DNA of 64,000 bases from the NCBI GenBank assembly GCA_012295275.1, contig CM022669.1:930001-994000 (forward strand), read 5' to 3'. Each line of letters opens with the position of its first letter. The first letter of the stretch is position 1. Shown piece after piece: positions 12,758 through 26,744 of the stretch. The stretch is from Chrysomallon squamiferum (taxonomy: Eukaryota; Animalia; Mollusca). Position numbers and translations under genes: made by a program. A model generated the notes under the pieces. That model made no database searches. It worked only from the letters and a program-made list of their open reading frames with translations, and had not been told where the DNA came from.

Positions 12758-13024
12758 TATTATAGATAAAATGTTTAATTTTGCTTTCTTTTTCTTTTTC
12801 TTCTTAATTTTTTTTTTGGGGGTATTGCATATTAAATCGTGAATATGGATAATAACAATAACAAGTGAGTTTTTTCACTGACACATGCTATAACACGAGT
12901 CTGGGATGTTTCAGAACGTCACAGAGTCTTTGGCAGCAAAGTATCTGAAAATTAACAAAACCTATTATACAGTTTGTTAATTCATTTAGAAGTAATTTGT
13001 GAATATATGAAGACAGTAAACATA

Positions 13025-13094
<70 letters not shown>

Positions 13095-13384
13095 AAAGTT
13101 TAAATTTCATAATATATTAATTTCTCCTACCAGAAATGATTAAGGCAGTAACTATATGATGACTGTAAAAAACAATTTAGAAAAAACAGAAATAATAAAT
13201 GTTCTCGTCCAGAAACATTCGCAGCAAAATATTATCATTCTGCAAAATTTATTATGAAAATAAATAAATTAATAAATAAAAACGAATATAAGTAAGAAAT
13301 CTGTGAAATGAAATATGGATAATCCACATTCATATTACTTTGTATCATTGTTACAGATATTTTTGTTATTGTTAAATGTTGAAT

Positions 13385-13516
13385 ACATACCTGTTTCTCC
13401 AGCGATCAGTAGGACAGACGTCCTCTCTATCCTCTTCCACACACAAGACTGAAAGCGTACTTTACATTTATTCAGATAAGAAAAAGTAATATAAAACCAT
13501 CACTACTACTACTAAC

Positions 13517-13562
<46 letters not shown>

Positions 13563-14375
13563 GTAATAACAATAGTAATAATAAGCAGTTATAACTTTGA
13601 AATTCTTGTTCTTTCTGTGTCGTAAATAACGCGGGGTATTGTATAATTTCTTCACAAAAATAAACCGGTTTTACACCTGCTTCGTTTACTTCGTCTTCAG
13701 TGCTACTCTGCATCACACGTAATGTAGGACATACTCCAAAACGCCCGAGTTTATGGTCTGACATACAAATCTGAACCTTTGATTTATTTTCGAATTTCAA
13801 TAAAAATTGCATAAATTAAAAAGTTGAATTCTTCTGTTTGTGTTTATTATACAAAAGTTGTTTTCATCTGATGGAGAAGAACAAAAAGCGTTTATCTCAA
13901 TTAGTAGTGCGATGGGTAGCTGCGACGTCGTTATGGATCAATTAACGTGTAAAGTGAACGTCTACTTTTTACGCTCTTAAATTTACGAGCTATCCTCGTA
14001 CAAACACACTTGACAAAACAAAATTACAATCTCTTAGATTCATTCTTTATCCAATATATATTATTTACCTTTCGAAACTGATAGAAAACCTTAACCATAT
14101 GACAGTATGTTCAAATTTAGACACTAATGTATTATCGTGATGGCAAAAAGTACCCACTAGATAAATAAAATAAAGTAAAATAAAAAAGACTATTTACGTT
14201 TCTGGGGAATCGAATTTAAAATACGAAATCACAAATGAATCACGGGACAATCAGTGTAATTGTGTTATCCCGCTGCCAAAGATGTTTCAAAGCAAGCCCG
14301 AAATTTTAAGACCCTTTCAGGTGACGTCCGTGTACATCAGAGGGAATCGCGTCCCTTGTTCTTCCTTAGACTCAG
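13385..14375 (-). pseudogene. Decayed protein kinase-like relic (K3), unit 2
   Basis: LIHNDVAA at ~13917-13941. ORF 13468-13812 then contains QICMSDHKLGRF (DFG-like) and GVKPVYFCEEII (GTPxYxxPE-like). Confidence 0.5.
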
Positions 14376-15084
14376 TTTTCCTTCTCGTTCTGTGCATGTG
14401 TGTGTGTGTGTGTGTGTGTGGCTGTCTGTGTATGTGCGCGCGTGTTTTTTTTGTGTGTTGTGTGTGTGTGTCTCTCTCTTTGTGTCTGTGTGTTTGCAGA
14501 ATGTTTTCTATCGAACCACGCTCATGCTTGTTCCCCTCCCAGTGGGAAAGTGACTGATCTTGTCCATTTTCATCAATCAGAACCTCTTGAATTATGTTTA
14601 AAGGTTCTTCTTCGTTCGGTAAAAGTTTCCATATTTTTCCAGTGTCACTTCTTAAATCTTATAATTTGTATAAATGAAATTCAACTTCTGCCCTATTTTC
14701 ACTTACATTATCATACACCGCATGTGGCTTTTGTAAGTACAGCTACAACTTAATTCTTTATCCACCCAGTGTTTGTCCATGAACTCTTAATGTGTTCGTT
14801 GCTAAAAGAAATTTGAAAGCTCTAAAAATTAATATCTCAGGTTTTCTGATTTATCCCTTCTGCATTTTTCACTCCGATTAATTTGTTATATTATAACAAA
14901 GTTTAATCTATTATAAATAGAACTGGAATAAAAATAAAGAAAAATTACAACTTCGGAATTATTTAAATGTCAAATTCTAACTTTTATTACCCAAATAAGG
15001 ATAAAAAGATATAAAATCTTAGTCAGCAGTTAAACTTGTATTTTACAATCAGAAAATCAATTCTGAGTAACTAATTGTAAAACG

Positions 15085-15300
15085 TCTCAGTTTAACGTAT
15101 TCGCTGTATTACAAGTGTTGTAAAAATATCTAAGTTTAATGTATTCGCTGTATTACAAGTGTTGTAAAAATATCTAAGTTTAACGTATTCGCTGTATTAC
15201 AAGTGTTGTAAAAATATCTCAGTTTAATGTATTCGCTGTATTACAAGTGTTGTAAAAATATCTCAAGTTAACGTATTCGCTTTATTACAAGTGTTGTAAT
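15085..15300. repeat. 44-bp minisatellite, ~5 units (paralog of 4660-5375)
   Basis: Tandem gtattcgctgtattacaagtgttgtaaaaatatct units. Confidence 0.92.
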
Positions 15301-15519
15301 TATTGTCAAAAGTCTCAGTTTAAATCAGGCAGCAGTAAAGGAAAATGCCTGTACTCATGGGCGGTGAATAAAACCAGGACATGGAAGATGAATACATTGA
15401 ATGATGCGGTTTTACTATTTCATGTATAATTATGTGTTAAATGCTCACGGTGAAAGGAGTAAAACTAGATTAAGTTGAGATAACATTTGTATATGCATGA
15501 CTATGTTTGCTTGTTTCCT

Positions 15520-15860
15520 TTACTTTGCAAACATGATGCATTTTGGCACGCACAGACATTCAGGAATGATATTCTTGATAACGAGTTGAACAACTAACGA
15601 AGAGATAAACAAAAAACAAGTTTGAGGTCTGTTAGGTTGTAAAATTTTCTGTAAGTTTTCAGAATGTCTGTCACACGTTTTATCAATATTTTCTAGAACA
15701 CATACATTCGAGCTTGCTGCACTGGCTACATATTAACTGCTATTCTGATATTGTCCTTGTGATGTACGACTTTCTTGATTCTCAGATCGATCCTTGTCTA
15801 TCGAATCTATGTTTGTTTGTTAGCCAAATCCAGATTCGACCCATTATTGACAAGACAACA
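15520..15860 (-). pseudogene. Decayed kinase N-lobe (K1), unit 2
   Basis: Paralogous to 5521-5860 and 47950-48320. Confidence 0.55.
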
Positions 15861-15943
15861 AAGATTTAGACGAAACTACGAACAGTAAAATCTGTTTGTT
15901 TCTTCACGTATTTACGTACACAATAGTGTTAAATAAACAGTCT

Positions 15944-16110
15944 CAGCACATCGAGATCGTCATCCCAAGACGTGATGTCTGTAAGCCTCAAGAAGAGATC
16001 CTTCCCAGACTAAACACGTCAGGTTTCCTTTCTTTCAGGCTTCCATGACTTTGTCCACGCTTGAGCATGTTATCATTTTCTTCTTTCATTTTATTTTGAA
16101 TATACCATTT
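15944..16110 (-). pseudogene. LicD type C fragment
   Basis: Near-identical to 5929-6085 (WEGSLLEAYRHH, WDDDLDV). Confidence 0.85.
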
Positions 16111-16869
16111 CTGATATTTTGTTATGTTCTGTTATTATTATTATTATTATTATTATTATCGTTTTTTGCAAACAGTTTGGCATAATTTTTACAAAAGTTT
16201 TATTTTTTTAAATCTTATTTTGATATTTCACAGCAATAATATATAAAACAGAGATTTCACTGTTTTAAATACGAAGTGAGTTGAAGAGAAAGCCTTTGTC
16301 ACAATAATTTCATTTAGTGTTGTTTCTTTTTAAATCTAGTTTTGCACAATTGTATGCACTGTAGTAATATTTACTATACGAAGCAATTGAAATGTTTACC
16401 TATTTTTCGCAAAGAGACTTTGTAATTTTTGTTCCAGAATAATTGTTTATATATTTAAGCCAGCTATCATATCATGTTTATCAATTTCTTATTTCATTTG
16501 GTTATATACATACTTGTAATGTGTTTATTTATTGTAGATAGTGGTTGTCATGGTATTTTACAAAGTGTGGTATGTAAAGTTTATAGAACTGATGTAAAAC
16601 AAAGAGAAGTATATGTTAGTTGATGTTAGACTTAGTCTTAGGTAAGCATTCCGTTTTTTTGTAGTGTACAGATGATTTTTATACAATAAGATATATCCAT
16701 GATCAGTCAGTGACAGTGTTAAAATTATCATTTTTAATTAAAAAAAAAAATTTTTTTTTTTTTTTTTTTAAATAGAAGAAGAGGAAGAAGCGAGGTACTA
16801 TTTCTCCTTTTTTCTTCTTTTTTTTTTAATTCGTTTCAATATGCATTTCTAAATTGCTTTTAAAATAGT

Positions 16870-17185
16870 GTTCTGTTTTAATTCTTGAAATGAGGATTCA
16901 GGAGTAAAGTAACTGACAGCACAGTGTATAATAAACACAACAACAAATACCCGTAGTTAGTACACAATGTGCATTGATCTCAGTTACAGTTGTTTCCTTT
17001 TACAACAGTGTCGTAAACTGTGTAATATTTTCGAAGTCACTAATGTATTAATGTATGCAAATGTCACATATCATGAGTGATACGCATGGCTCAAGGTAGC
17101 TAAATTTCATTTTGTCCCTCCAACAACAACACTCCTCTGTATCAGCATACAATCTTGCTGGTTATCTATTCTATCTGTGAACAAA
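16870..17185 (-). pseudogene. Partial copy of the Ly6/quiver-like relic
   Basis: Matches 6985-7220 and 7560-7670, with internal deletions. Confidence 0.4.
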
Positions 17186-17202
17186 GGTCAAAGCAAATTT
17201 AA

Positions 17203-17258
<56 letters not shown>

Positions 17259-18849
17259 TAATAACAATAAAATGTATACAATGTAAATTTACACTGAATA
17301 TGATGCAATCCTTGGAAGAGGCAATTTCAAGACTTTACCTCATTTTTATTAATTAATTTAATTTATTATTATTTCATTTCATTTCCACTTATGAAACATT
17401 AGGTACAGTAATCTATAACAGTAAAGTGTTTCAAGAAACGTTCTAATGACACAGCAGCCTGCACAGAGAAAATGTGTAATTTATGATAGTGTGTTTTAAG
17501 AAGGTTACAATAATAATAGCAGTGTATCTGAAGAAACTTTAGAATAATGATAGCAGTGTATTTGAAGAAAGCTTACAAAATAATAGTAGTGTGTTTGAAG
17601 AAAGTTTGCCATAATAAAAGCAGTGTGTTTCAAGAAAGTTTACAATAATAAAAGCATTGTGTTTGAAAAGAAGTGATGATAAAGCTGAATGTTTTATAAG
17701 AATTGATGATAAAGCTGTGTGTTTGATAAGAAGTGATGATAAACCTGTGTGATAAAAAATGATGTTTAAGTTGCTGTGTTTGAAGAGAGGTTACGGGTTC
17801 TTGAAAGTTCAAATCTTTGTTTATTGCAATACTTCTATAAATTAAATTATATGTTTTTATGTTACAATGTTAATGAGTCTAGTTCGTCAAGGTCGTCGTT
17901 TGTACTTTTCTGAGTGTCATGTTCGGTACTAGAACACGCGATGGTGGCGATAAGGGTTCACGCTTATTTGTTACAAGTACTGTGTTAGCAGACCAATGAC
18001 AGCGCAGAATTAACCCCCTAGTAACACGAAACCACGTAGCTGCACAAGGACAGCACAAAGTCACGTACACTGGCTTCTAATCGTTAGATGATCCACTGAA
18101 GGCTTCGAAGATTATTTTTCCACAATTTACAAAAGAAAATGTTCCATGTGTTGTAGAAAGATTTTTTCGTAATTACTAGCGTCGACGACATTTTATTTAC
18201 ACTTAAAAAAATTTAAAAAAACACAAAAAAAGTAATAATAACAGTTACAAAAAAATAAATAATAACATAAATAAAAAAAATAAAGGATGCAGAACTAATT
18301 ATACATATTTTTTATTAATTTATTAGTTAATTTGTTCATTTTAATTTAATATAGAAAAGAATAGAGGTATTTTAAAAGTTCAGCGCAAGGTTTTTATTCA
18401 GTTAAAGACTTCTTCCAGATCTAGTGAATTTTATAATCTAATTATAATTTCAGAAGAAATTTGTTTCATCATCTTGAATTTTAATGAACATGATTTAGTT
18501 TAATACTGTTCTATTATAAGATGTAGTTCGTCGCATTTTACATTATGTAAAAATAAAAATATAATAAAAATCATTGTAAAATATACAAGATTTTAATTAT
18601 AGTTTAAGGTTGTCAACCTTTCTAACAAGGAGCGTTAATGAAAATAATTATACAAAATAAAGTTAAATTAAAAGGAAAATATTGCATGCACAAACCTATT
18701 TTATTCCAAATTAATTTCTAGAAAACCAAAAGGATAGGTAAAGGAAGTAATAAAATATAAGAATACAAAAGAGAAAACAGTAATAAACATAAAACTAAAT
18801 ACACACACATTATACACACGCAGAGATGCACACATGTACAACAACAAAT

Positions 18850-19812
18850 TCAGCTGCACTCTTGTGGCACCAGAATGTCTCTGAGCGTGACATTTCCAAC
18901 TTTGAGAGTTTCATTGACATAGCCAGGTCGGCTGCTATTTTGTCTGAAAACAAATGCGAAAGTATCGTACAGATGGTAACATTCTATATCAGTAATCTCC
19001 TGAACTTGTCCCTCTTTATGGAAATACCATAACGAGATACATTTACTCTCAGAACCCGTGGGAATAAACCTGTCCACTCTGCAAGGAACAGAAGCTAAAC
19101 GGTTTTCAAAAACACGTAATTGTATTGGATAAACTTCCTTCTTGGTGTATGCATATTTATCTTGGAATATATGACTACTGTTCTGGTGAAATATAAAGAG
19201 GTCCAGGAAAGGATATTTGAATTCTTTGCCATGAATCGAAGGTAGGTCAGACATGAAGAACTTCCACTGAGACTGCTTTGGACTGTACAGTGTGTATCCA
19301 GGCACACTCGATAAGACATCTTTCACCATCTGACTCGACTCGATCACCATTACATCAAGATCATCATCCCAAGGAATAAAGCCGTGATGGCGGTAAGCCC
19401 CAAGAAGTGATCCTCCCCATAAAATATAAGTCATGTTTGCTTTTTTGCACGCCCAAGAAAACGTGTCAAACGTCTGAAGCATTAAGGTCTTCTCAAGCAT
19501 CGACACTTTTGGCATGAATTTTTTCAGATAATCCTGTTTCTGTAGTTTAGACAACTGATGATGATCTATGGAGTTGACAATAACCTTGTTGATGTATGAC
19601 ATAACTGACGACGTGCTGCTGGCATTTGCGTGGACTCCATGACGTAGTTTCGTATTCGGAGTGTCAACTTTTATCAGGAAATAACAAACTAAACAGACTT
19701 GTACAATCACAGCAAACAGTCTCCAGCTCACCTCATACACCATCACAAACTGACTCCACTTTGTTTGAATAAAACTGTCTGATGATAAAATATTCTTGTT
19801 TTTGTCAATCAT
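18850..19812 (-). CDS. LicD/fukutin-family phosphotransferase, type B, intact, ~320 aa, single coding exon
   Basis: The first in-frame ATG is at 19812, with an alternative at 19743. It has a TM segment LFAVIVQVCLVCYFLI, the motif [23 protein letters not shown] and YPFLDLFIF. The stop is TGA at 18850. Confidence 0.9.
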   Translation of the reverse strand: MIDKNKNILSSDSFIQTKWSQFVMVYEVSWRLFAVIVQVCLVCYFLIKVDTPNTKLRHGVHANASSTSSVMSYINKVIVNSIDHHQLSKLQKQDYLKKFMPKVSMLEKTLMLQTFDTFSWACKKANMTYILWGGSLLGAYRHHGFIPWDDDLDVMVIESSQMVKDVLSSVPGYTLYSPKQSQWKFFMSDLPSIHGKEFKYPFLDLFIFHQNSSHIFQDKYAYTKKEVYPIQLRVFENRLASVPCRVDRFIPTGSESKCISLWYFHKEGQVQEITDIECYHLYDTFAFVFRQNSSRPGYVNETLKVGNVTLRDILVPQECS

Positions 19813-19981
19813 TCCCACCTTTATTTACCGTTTTCCTAATTTAAAATTAGTAACAAATTAAACTGCGTTAAAAATGTAATTTGACACAGAAATAAATAAA
19901 TAAATAAATAAATAAAATACTTGAATAAATATTAGTCATGGTATGATTGAATAAAATGCAATAAACAATTATGACATTATG

Positions 19982-20021
<40 letters not shown>

Positions 20022-20199
20022 TTGTCACTCTATTACCTTTATGTTGTATGATCAGGAACAATGTTACAGGTGAAAAATTCCAATCAAGCATAATCAGAGG
20101 GGTTATTTTTGCCTCTATAACTTTCGATTTATCTTTCTATTATTTAATTATTTATTTAATAATGATGACTATAATGATGATGATAATGACGAAATTTTT

Positions 20200-20680
20200 C
20201 CAAACATGGAAACACTGTCAAATTTTACTGTTTTTTTTTTTTTATCAAAGCGCATAAACGTCTGAACGTGAATAAATTACCAAACTGTATATTTTTACCT
20301 AAACACATACACTTCTAAACATAAAAACACTATCAAAGTGTATATATTTTTATCTAAACCCATCAATACGAAATATCTACTGATGCATTTTATCTAAACC
20401 CATTTATCTTTAGAACGAGTAATCATATTGTATATTTTTATCTAAAAACATAAACCTCTAAAATAAACAATCAAATTCTATATTGTTATCTAAACATATA
20501 ATCTCTTAACACATAAACGTCTAAACTCCATCACGATTATTATACATCTTTCGTAAGCATATAAACTTCCAAACATCAACAATCAAACTGCATATTTTTA
20601 TAGACTTCTTAACATAAATACACTATCGAATTGTACGTTTATCCAAACACATAAACTTTAAAACATGATTTGATCATCTT
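20200..20680. repeat. Degenerate ~49-50 bp tandem repeat
   Basis: Same family as 9100-10045. Confidence 0.75.
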
Positions 20681-22243
20681 CTCAACACAGATTTAGTTGT
20701 AAGAAATATATTTCACCACGACTATTAAATCATGTTAGGTACTTTTGTACTTCGATAAGCAACCCGACCCTTCAGACTTTATGAGACAACAAACTGGGTC
20801 ATCGATTTCAGTGATTCGTGACGAGTTTGACTTTGGCAAAATTACATTTTAGCTGTTTTAGCTGAACCAATGAATCAAACAGAATCAAGAATAATAAATC
20901 AAAAATTAAATTAAATTAAATTACTATTAATTAAATAAATAAATAAAAATTAAATGATGATGATGTTGATGATGATGATAATAATAATAATAATAATAAT
21001 AATCACCATTTTCTCTGTGATATTTAATGTTTCGATGGGTTAATTTTTGGTAATCATTAAAAAAAATATGTATAATAATAAAAATAAGAAAAATGCGTCT
21101 GCTGATTGTCAGAATAATTTTGGAATTAATCTCTAGTCATGACAATCAGTATAATAAATGGACGTGATGTACTTAACACAAACTATATGTCAAACAGATG
21201 TTACTCAATATGTTAAACTTGTCACGGTGACTTTATAACAGCAAATAAAGGTTTTTTTCCTGAGTGATTCTCCCTCCAATCAACACACTATCAAAGTGTT
21301 CATTTTTATCTAACCACACAGACTTCTCAATACCGATTTGCATATATACATGTGATATATGCCTTTTCATAACTTTACTTTCAATATAAGAAATGAAAGT
21401 GTTTTTAAATAATATAATAAATGAAAAATTAAGCTTTCGAATAATGCAGAGTTAACGAAACAGACGTTTTCACAAATTAACAGAGATTTTAAGATTGTCA
21501 CTTTCACAATTTTCTTAATGCAGGCAGTGACAGAAATTCGCCATTATCACCTCTGCAAAGATTAACGTGTACATTTTTCACAGGAAAACACAAAATTCTA
21601 CTTGATTATAGAATCTGATAACTACATTAAATTAAAAATATTTTACAAAACTTAACCTAGTTTAATTTTTCAAGAGTCTGTTGTTATTATTAATACGAAC
21701 TTTATAACAATAATATTTTATTTCTTGTATTATTTTTACTTTTTCAGACACAATCCTGGGGATTAAATTACAGCTAACTCTGTTCTGCAATTTCTGATCT
21801 CTTTCTAACTAAGGTAATTTGATTAGTGACAAAATATATATTTCTATATTAAAAGATAATACAGAAAACTTGTAAATGGTAGATCTTATTAAAAGAAATA
21901 TCCTATTATTTTTGTTTTTAATTCTTAAATAGTCTAGTACAGAAAAACGTAATTATTTTTATACTCACACTTACAGACACCATCAAAGCCATCTATATTT
22001 TATGACGTCATTATTGTGACATTAGGTCAACTATTCCGAAATTTACATTGAAAAATGTACATAAATAGATCTGGTACATGGATAACCAATTGCAATTACA
22101 ATCTCAATACAAAAAGGTTTTTTACATGAAATGTGTTTTACTGTATTTTAGTAAAATAAATTGATGATATTATGCAAATTACTCATAAGACATATCGAAA
22201 AAATTAAGAGACACACAAACAAAAACGTCACAACAACAACAAC

Positions 22244-22281
<38 letters not shown>

Positions 22282-22413
22282 GTTTAAACATATGAAAGAA
22301 ATTAAGACGAGAGGTTTAATGGAAAATACCGTTAATTCTGGAGGTATTTTTTTATTATTTCTTTTCTTGTAACGCTCTTTATTGTGATTATTGAATTAAC
22401 TTTGGTATATTAT

Positions 22414-23207
22414 TTATATAGTGATTTTACTTACATACTCAAGCAAAAGAAAACAATATTTCAAAGTTTTATTTCCTTGTTTCAGTGACTCAATAACAAA
22501 TCCAGGACGGGTGTCTTTTTGTCTGAAAACAAAAGGGTAAATTTCATATAACTGACTGCATGGAACAGAAAACTGCTTAATTCCTCTGTTCTCTCTGTGT
22601 AAATATCCTGACGATTGACATTTTTCAATTCCGTAACGCTTTACAAAATTTGAAGTTTTACAAGGCGTTGGAACAAAACGATCTTCAAAGACACGTAACT
22701 GAATTGGGTACACTTCTTCTTTTTTATACACAAAACTTTTTATGTTTGAAAATAAACCAGAAACCTGTTTTACATCTTCCTTAAAGAAGAATATATCGAT
22801 AAAAGGATATTTATATGGTTGCCCACTCAAAGGTGGAAGATTTTTTTATGGAAAACTTCCACGGATAACACCGTTTTAAGCTTTTCCAGATCAGTTTCAA
22901 TTATTATCACATCGAGATCGTCATCCCAAGGAATAATTCCGTGATGTCTGTAAGCACCAAGAAGAGATCCTTCCCACAGTAAACACGTTAGATTTCCTTT
23001 CATGCAGGCTTCGGAGAATTTGTCCATAGAAAGAAGCATCTGAGAGTGATCGTTTACGGAAAGTCTCGGCAAAAACGCTTTCAACAGTTCATTTCTTTCC
23101 AATTTGTCTTTTTGTGGAACATACCAGGTAAGCATGTAGACGACAGACAAAATACTCAAACAGCCAACAGTTAGAATAAGAAATAACTATTTACTGAACA
23201 TCACCAT
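22414..23207 (-). pseudogene. LicD type A copy 3, with multiple deletions
   Basis: ATG at 23207. There is a stem deletion at ~23135, a frameshifting deletion at ~22862 and loss of the normal C-terminus and stop at ~22460. The WDDDLD motif is retained. Confidence 0.9.
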
Positions 23208-23261
23208 TATAGTAGATAAAACGTAAAAAAAATTGTTTATTTATTTGTATTTTTAAATTTG

Positions 23262-23304
<43 letters not shown>

Positions 23305-23499
23305 TTTGTGTTTCTTTTGCTGACAAATAGCAGATTAAATCATAGCTAACGATAAGATAATAATAATAACAATAATAATAATAATAATAATAAATAAACA
23401 AAAACAAGCATAAATAAGAAAATCTGTTTCATCAAATATGGATAATCCACATTATTTGATACTATTGTTGTAGGTATTTTTATTGTTACTGAATTTTCA

Positions 23500-24370
23500 G
23501 TACATAGCTGTTTGTTCAGCGGTCGCAGAACAGATATCCTTCATATACCTTTCCAGATGTATACAACCATAACAACTAATAACAACAACAACAATAATAA
23601 TCAGAAAAAATAACTTTGAAATTAAAACAAAAAAGTAAATATAATAAACTTTAAAGGGAGAAAAATGTCTTGCTCTTTCAGTGTCGTAAATAAATGCCGG
23701 GTATTGTACAATTTCTTCACAAAAGTATATCCGTTTTTTCAGCTCTACCACGCAGTTCATCTTCAGTTCCACTTGCTGTAATCTACTTGTAACTAGTATC
23801 ATATCTGTTGCAGGCAATGTTCACGTGTTCCTCTGCATTGCACGTAGTGTAATAAATACACCCAAGTGTCTGTATTAAAGGTGTGACATACAGTTTTCAA
23901 CATTTCATTTATTCATGTTCAGGTTATGTTTCAATAAAAATTGCCTAGATTGAAAAGTTGAAGATTTGTATTTGTGTTTATGTTATTTCATCTAATGGAG
24001 AGGAAAACAAAACGTATAGTGTCAATCAGTAGTGCGATGGGTAGCTGCGACGTCGTTATGGATCAACCAACGTGTAAAGTGGACGTCTGCTTTCTACGTT
24101 CATAGGAATAACTCTGCGCGCTATCTTCCTACAAAGAAACTCGATAAAACAAAATTTTACTCTCTTAAATTCATTTCTTATCCAGTATAATAATACTACG
24201 CAGCAAAATGAACACTACGAAAATAAGGGAGAAAAACATTTTAGTACATCCCGTTGCCAACGGCTTATCAAATAAAGCCAAAATCTTAAGACCGTTTGAT
24301 CTGACCTCCGTATACATCAGAGGGAACCGCCTCTTGTCCCTTGTTCTTCGATGACTCAGAGTTTTCCTTG
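23500..24370 (-). pseudogene. Decayed kinase-like relic (K3), unit 3
   Basis: FDKPLATGCTKMF (Gly-loop-like, ~24240-24275), RWLIHNDVAA (~24043-24073) and KRIYFCEEIVQ. Confidence 0.45.
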
Positions 24371-24399
24371 CTGTGTGTTTCTCTGTATGTCTGTATATT

Positions 24400-24459
<60 letters not shown>

Positions 24460-24639
24460 TACAGACGTCAATGAAAACTGTGGAATCAAAAAGCAAACCA
24501 AGCAAGACTAGGCTGACAAATGTTATAAACTGCGTTGTTCGTTTTGTAAACTAAACATTTTGGCTACCAGTTGAATGGTCTCAAATATTTAAACGTTCAA
24601 ACGAAAACGAGATTTCCTATTTTCTTCAGTCTATTAAAT

Positions 24640-25260
24640 GTTTGTGACCAACAAACACTTTTCAAAAATACTGTATCGGAAAAAACAATATTTCAGCTTT
24701 TAAAAGACGAACCGTTCTGCCTAAGACAGATGTCACCACAGAATGTTTTCTGTCGAACCACGCTCATGCTTGTTCCCCTCCCTGTGGGAAAGTGACTGAT
24801 CTTGTGCATTTTCATCAATCAGAACCTCTTGAATTATGTTTAAAGATTCTTCTTCATGAGCAGCATCATAATTCTTTTCATAAGCTGTCGATTTGGCACA
24901 CAAAATTACGATTTAATGTACCTGATTACATCTGTAGTGAAGTGATATCGGAGCAGGTTACATATATATTGTGTAACTTTGTCTGCACCTTGATTAACAA
25001 ATCATCCTAGTTATTTAGACAGATCACTTCTGGCAAAATGTTGGTTGCAGACTGAGTTGAGGAGGCCTTCTGCAGAAAATCTGTGAAGGTTATAAACAGG
25101 TCATTTATTTCTGATGCATGGAAAAGAGAAGAATGAATGGTCGAGTGACCTCGGATTCTCGACTGTCGTGTTCTAAAAACAAAACATTCTCATTTATGAT
25201 TGTTTATTCACTACTATTTATCTTTGATTTGTTTGTTTTTTCTGTGGTCATGACAATGCC
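24640..25260 (-). pseudogene. Decayed helical coding-like segment, unit 3
   Basis: Reads SEINDLFITFTDFLQKASSTQSATNILPEVICLNN*DDLLIKVQTKLHNIY, then LCAKSTAYEKNYDAAHEEESLNIIQEVLIDENAQDQ. Confidence 0.4.
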
Positions 25261-25749
25261 TTCGAATATTCGAATTGATGATTGATTAGTGTTAGATGGT
25301 CAAATTAAATTTGTTTTGTTTAAAATCTGGTTCAAACTGCACTGTACACATACAAATAATAACATATCACCATTCAGTAAAATGTTCCTTATTCAGTCTT
25401 TCTTTGGTTTCACATTTGCTTCATGAAGTCCACTTCCACTTTTAAACATGCTCGCTGAGTAACTAGTTGTAAAATGTATCAGTTAATGTATTCGCTGTGT
25501 TACAAGTGTTGTAAAGCCTCAGGCAGTAATATATATATATATATCAGTCTGCAACGACCATGGCACATTTAAATATCGTTTCTGTAATCACTTTTAAAAA
25601 GATTTTCAGTTGTTCTTTCAGTGCAAACTCAAACTAAAAAAAATCAGATGTCGCTGACGAGTACATTTATACGTATCTATGTATGTATGTCTGTCAGTCT
25701 TTCTCTGTATATATATATATATATATTTATTTATTTATTTATATATGAA

Positions 25750-25785
<36 letters not shown>

Positions 25786-25849
25786 ATATGTTTGTCTGTA
25801 TGTATATATATATGTATGCAAATAAATAAATAAATGTAATTACACTGCT

Positions 25850-26263
25850 TATACAAGAGCTGAATGTTGCAACGTAATATTTTAGGGTCGAGTGCACCCA
25901 CAAAGCGAGGTCTTCTCATAAATATTAAATTGTACTCTCAGATACATTCAGAGATATCTAAACAGCGATAAGGCTGGCTGTTACCAGTCAATTAACTTTT
26001 TACAAAGACATCGCTCGGAAGTTCAGCCGATATAGGTTAACCAGTCTATCTCTAAAGGTGCAGGACAAATGATACGTTTAAGTAGGAAAAAAAATGAACT
26101 GCCGGAGTAAATAAAAGAAGAGATATTGAAAGAAGGACCTGTGTCATAAAATGAATACATTACATAGATCACTAGATCGCTGGAGCATAACCAGTTTTTA
26201 AATACTGAAAGAGAAAATTGTGTTTATACTGTGCAATAATAATACTAGTTTTAATCACGCTCT

Positions 26264-26351
<88 letters not shown>

Positions 26352-26625
26352 GTATGAATCCGTCCCTCTTTACGTCACATAATTATATTTTAGCTGTGCT
26401 AAAAATTTGACTATCAGTATATGTTGTCCATTATTGACATTAATAACGACGAAGTGGTGCGAAGGGTAGTAACAGCGTTCAGTTTGCACTCCTTGCACGT
26501 GCTTCAACTGAATGCAGCGAGTTCGTGCGCTAAGTAACACATGTTGTAGTTACCAGTGTTCAGTGAAAATTAATCGTTTCTTTGCCGACAGCTCGGTCAC
26601 TTTCCGTCCCTTGTTCTAAAACAAT
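25850..26625 (-). pseudogene. Decayed kinase-like relic (K2), unit 3
   Basis: Paralog of 45985-46795, interrupted by (CT)n at 26267-26348. Confidence 0.35.
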
Positions 26626-26633
26626 TCATCATC

Positions 26634-26696
<63 letters not shown>

Positions 26697-26744
26697 TGTC
26701 TATAGATATATATTAAAAGTAATTAATCAGTTACACATTTTATG

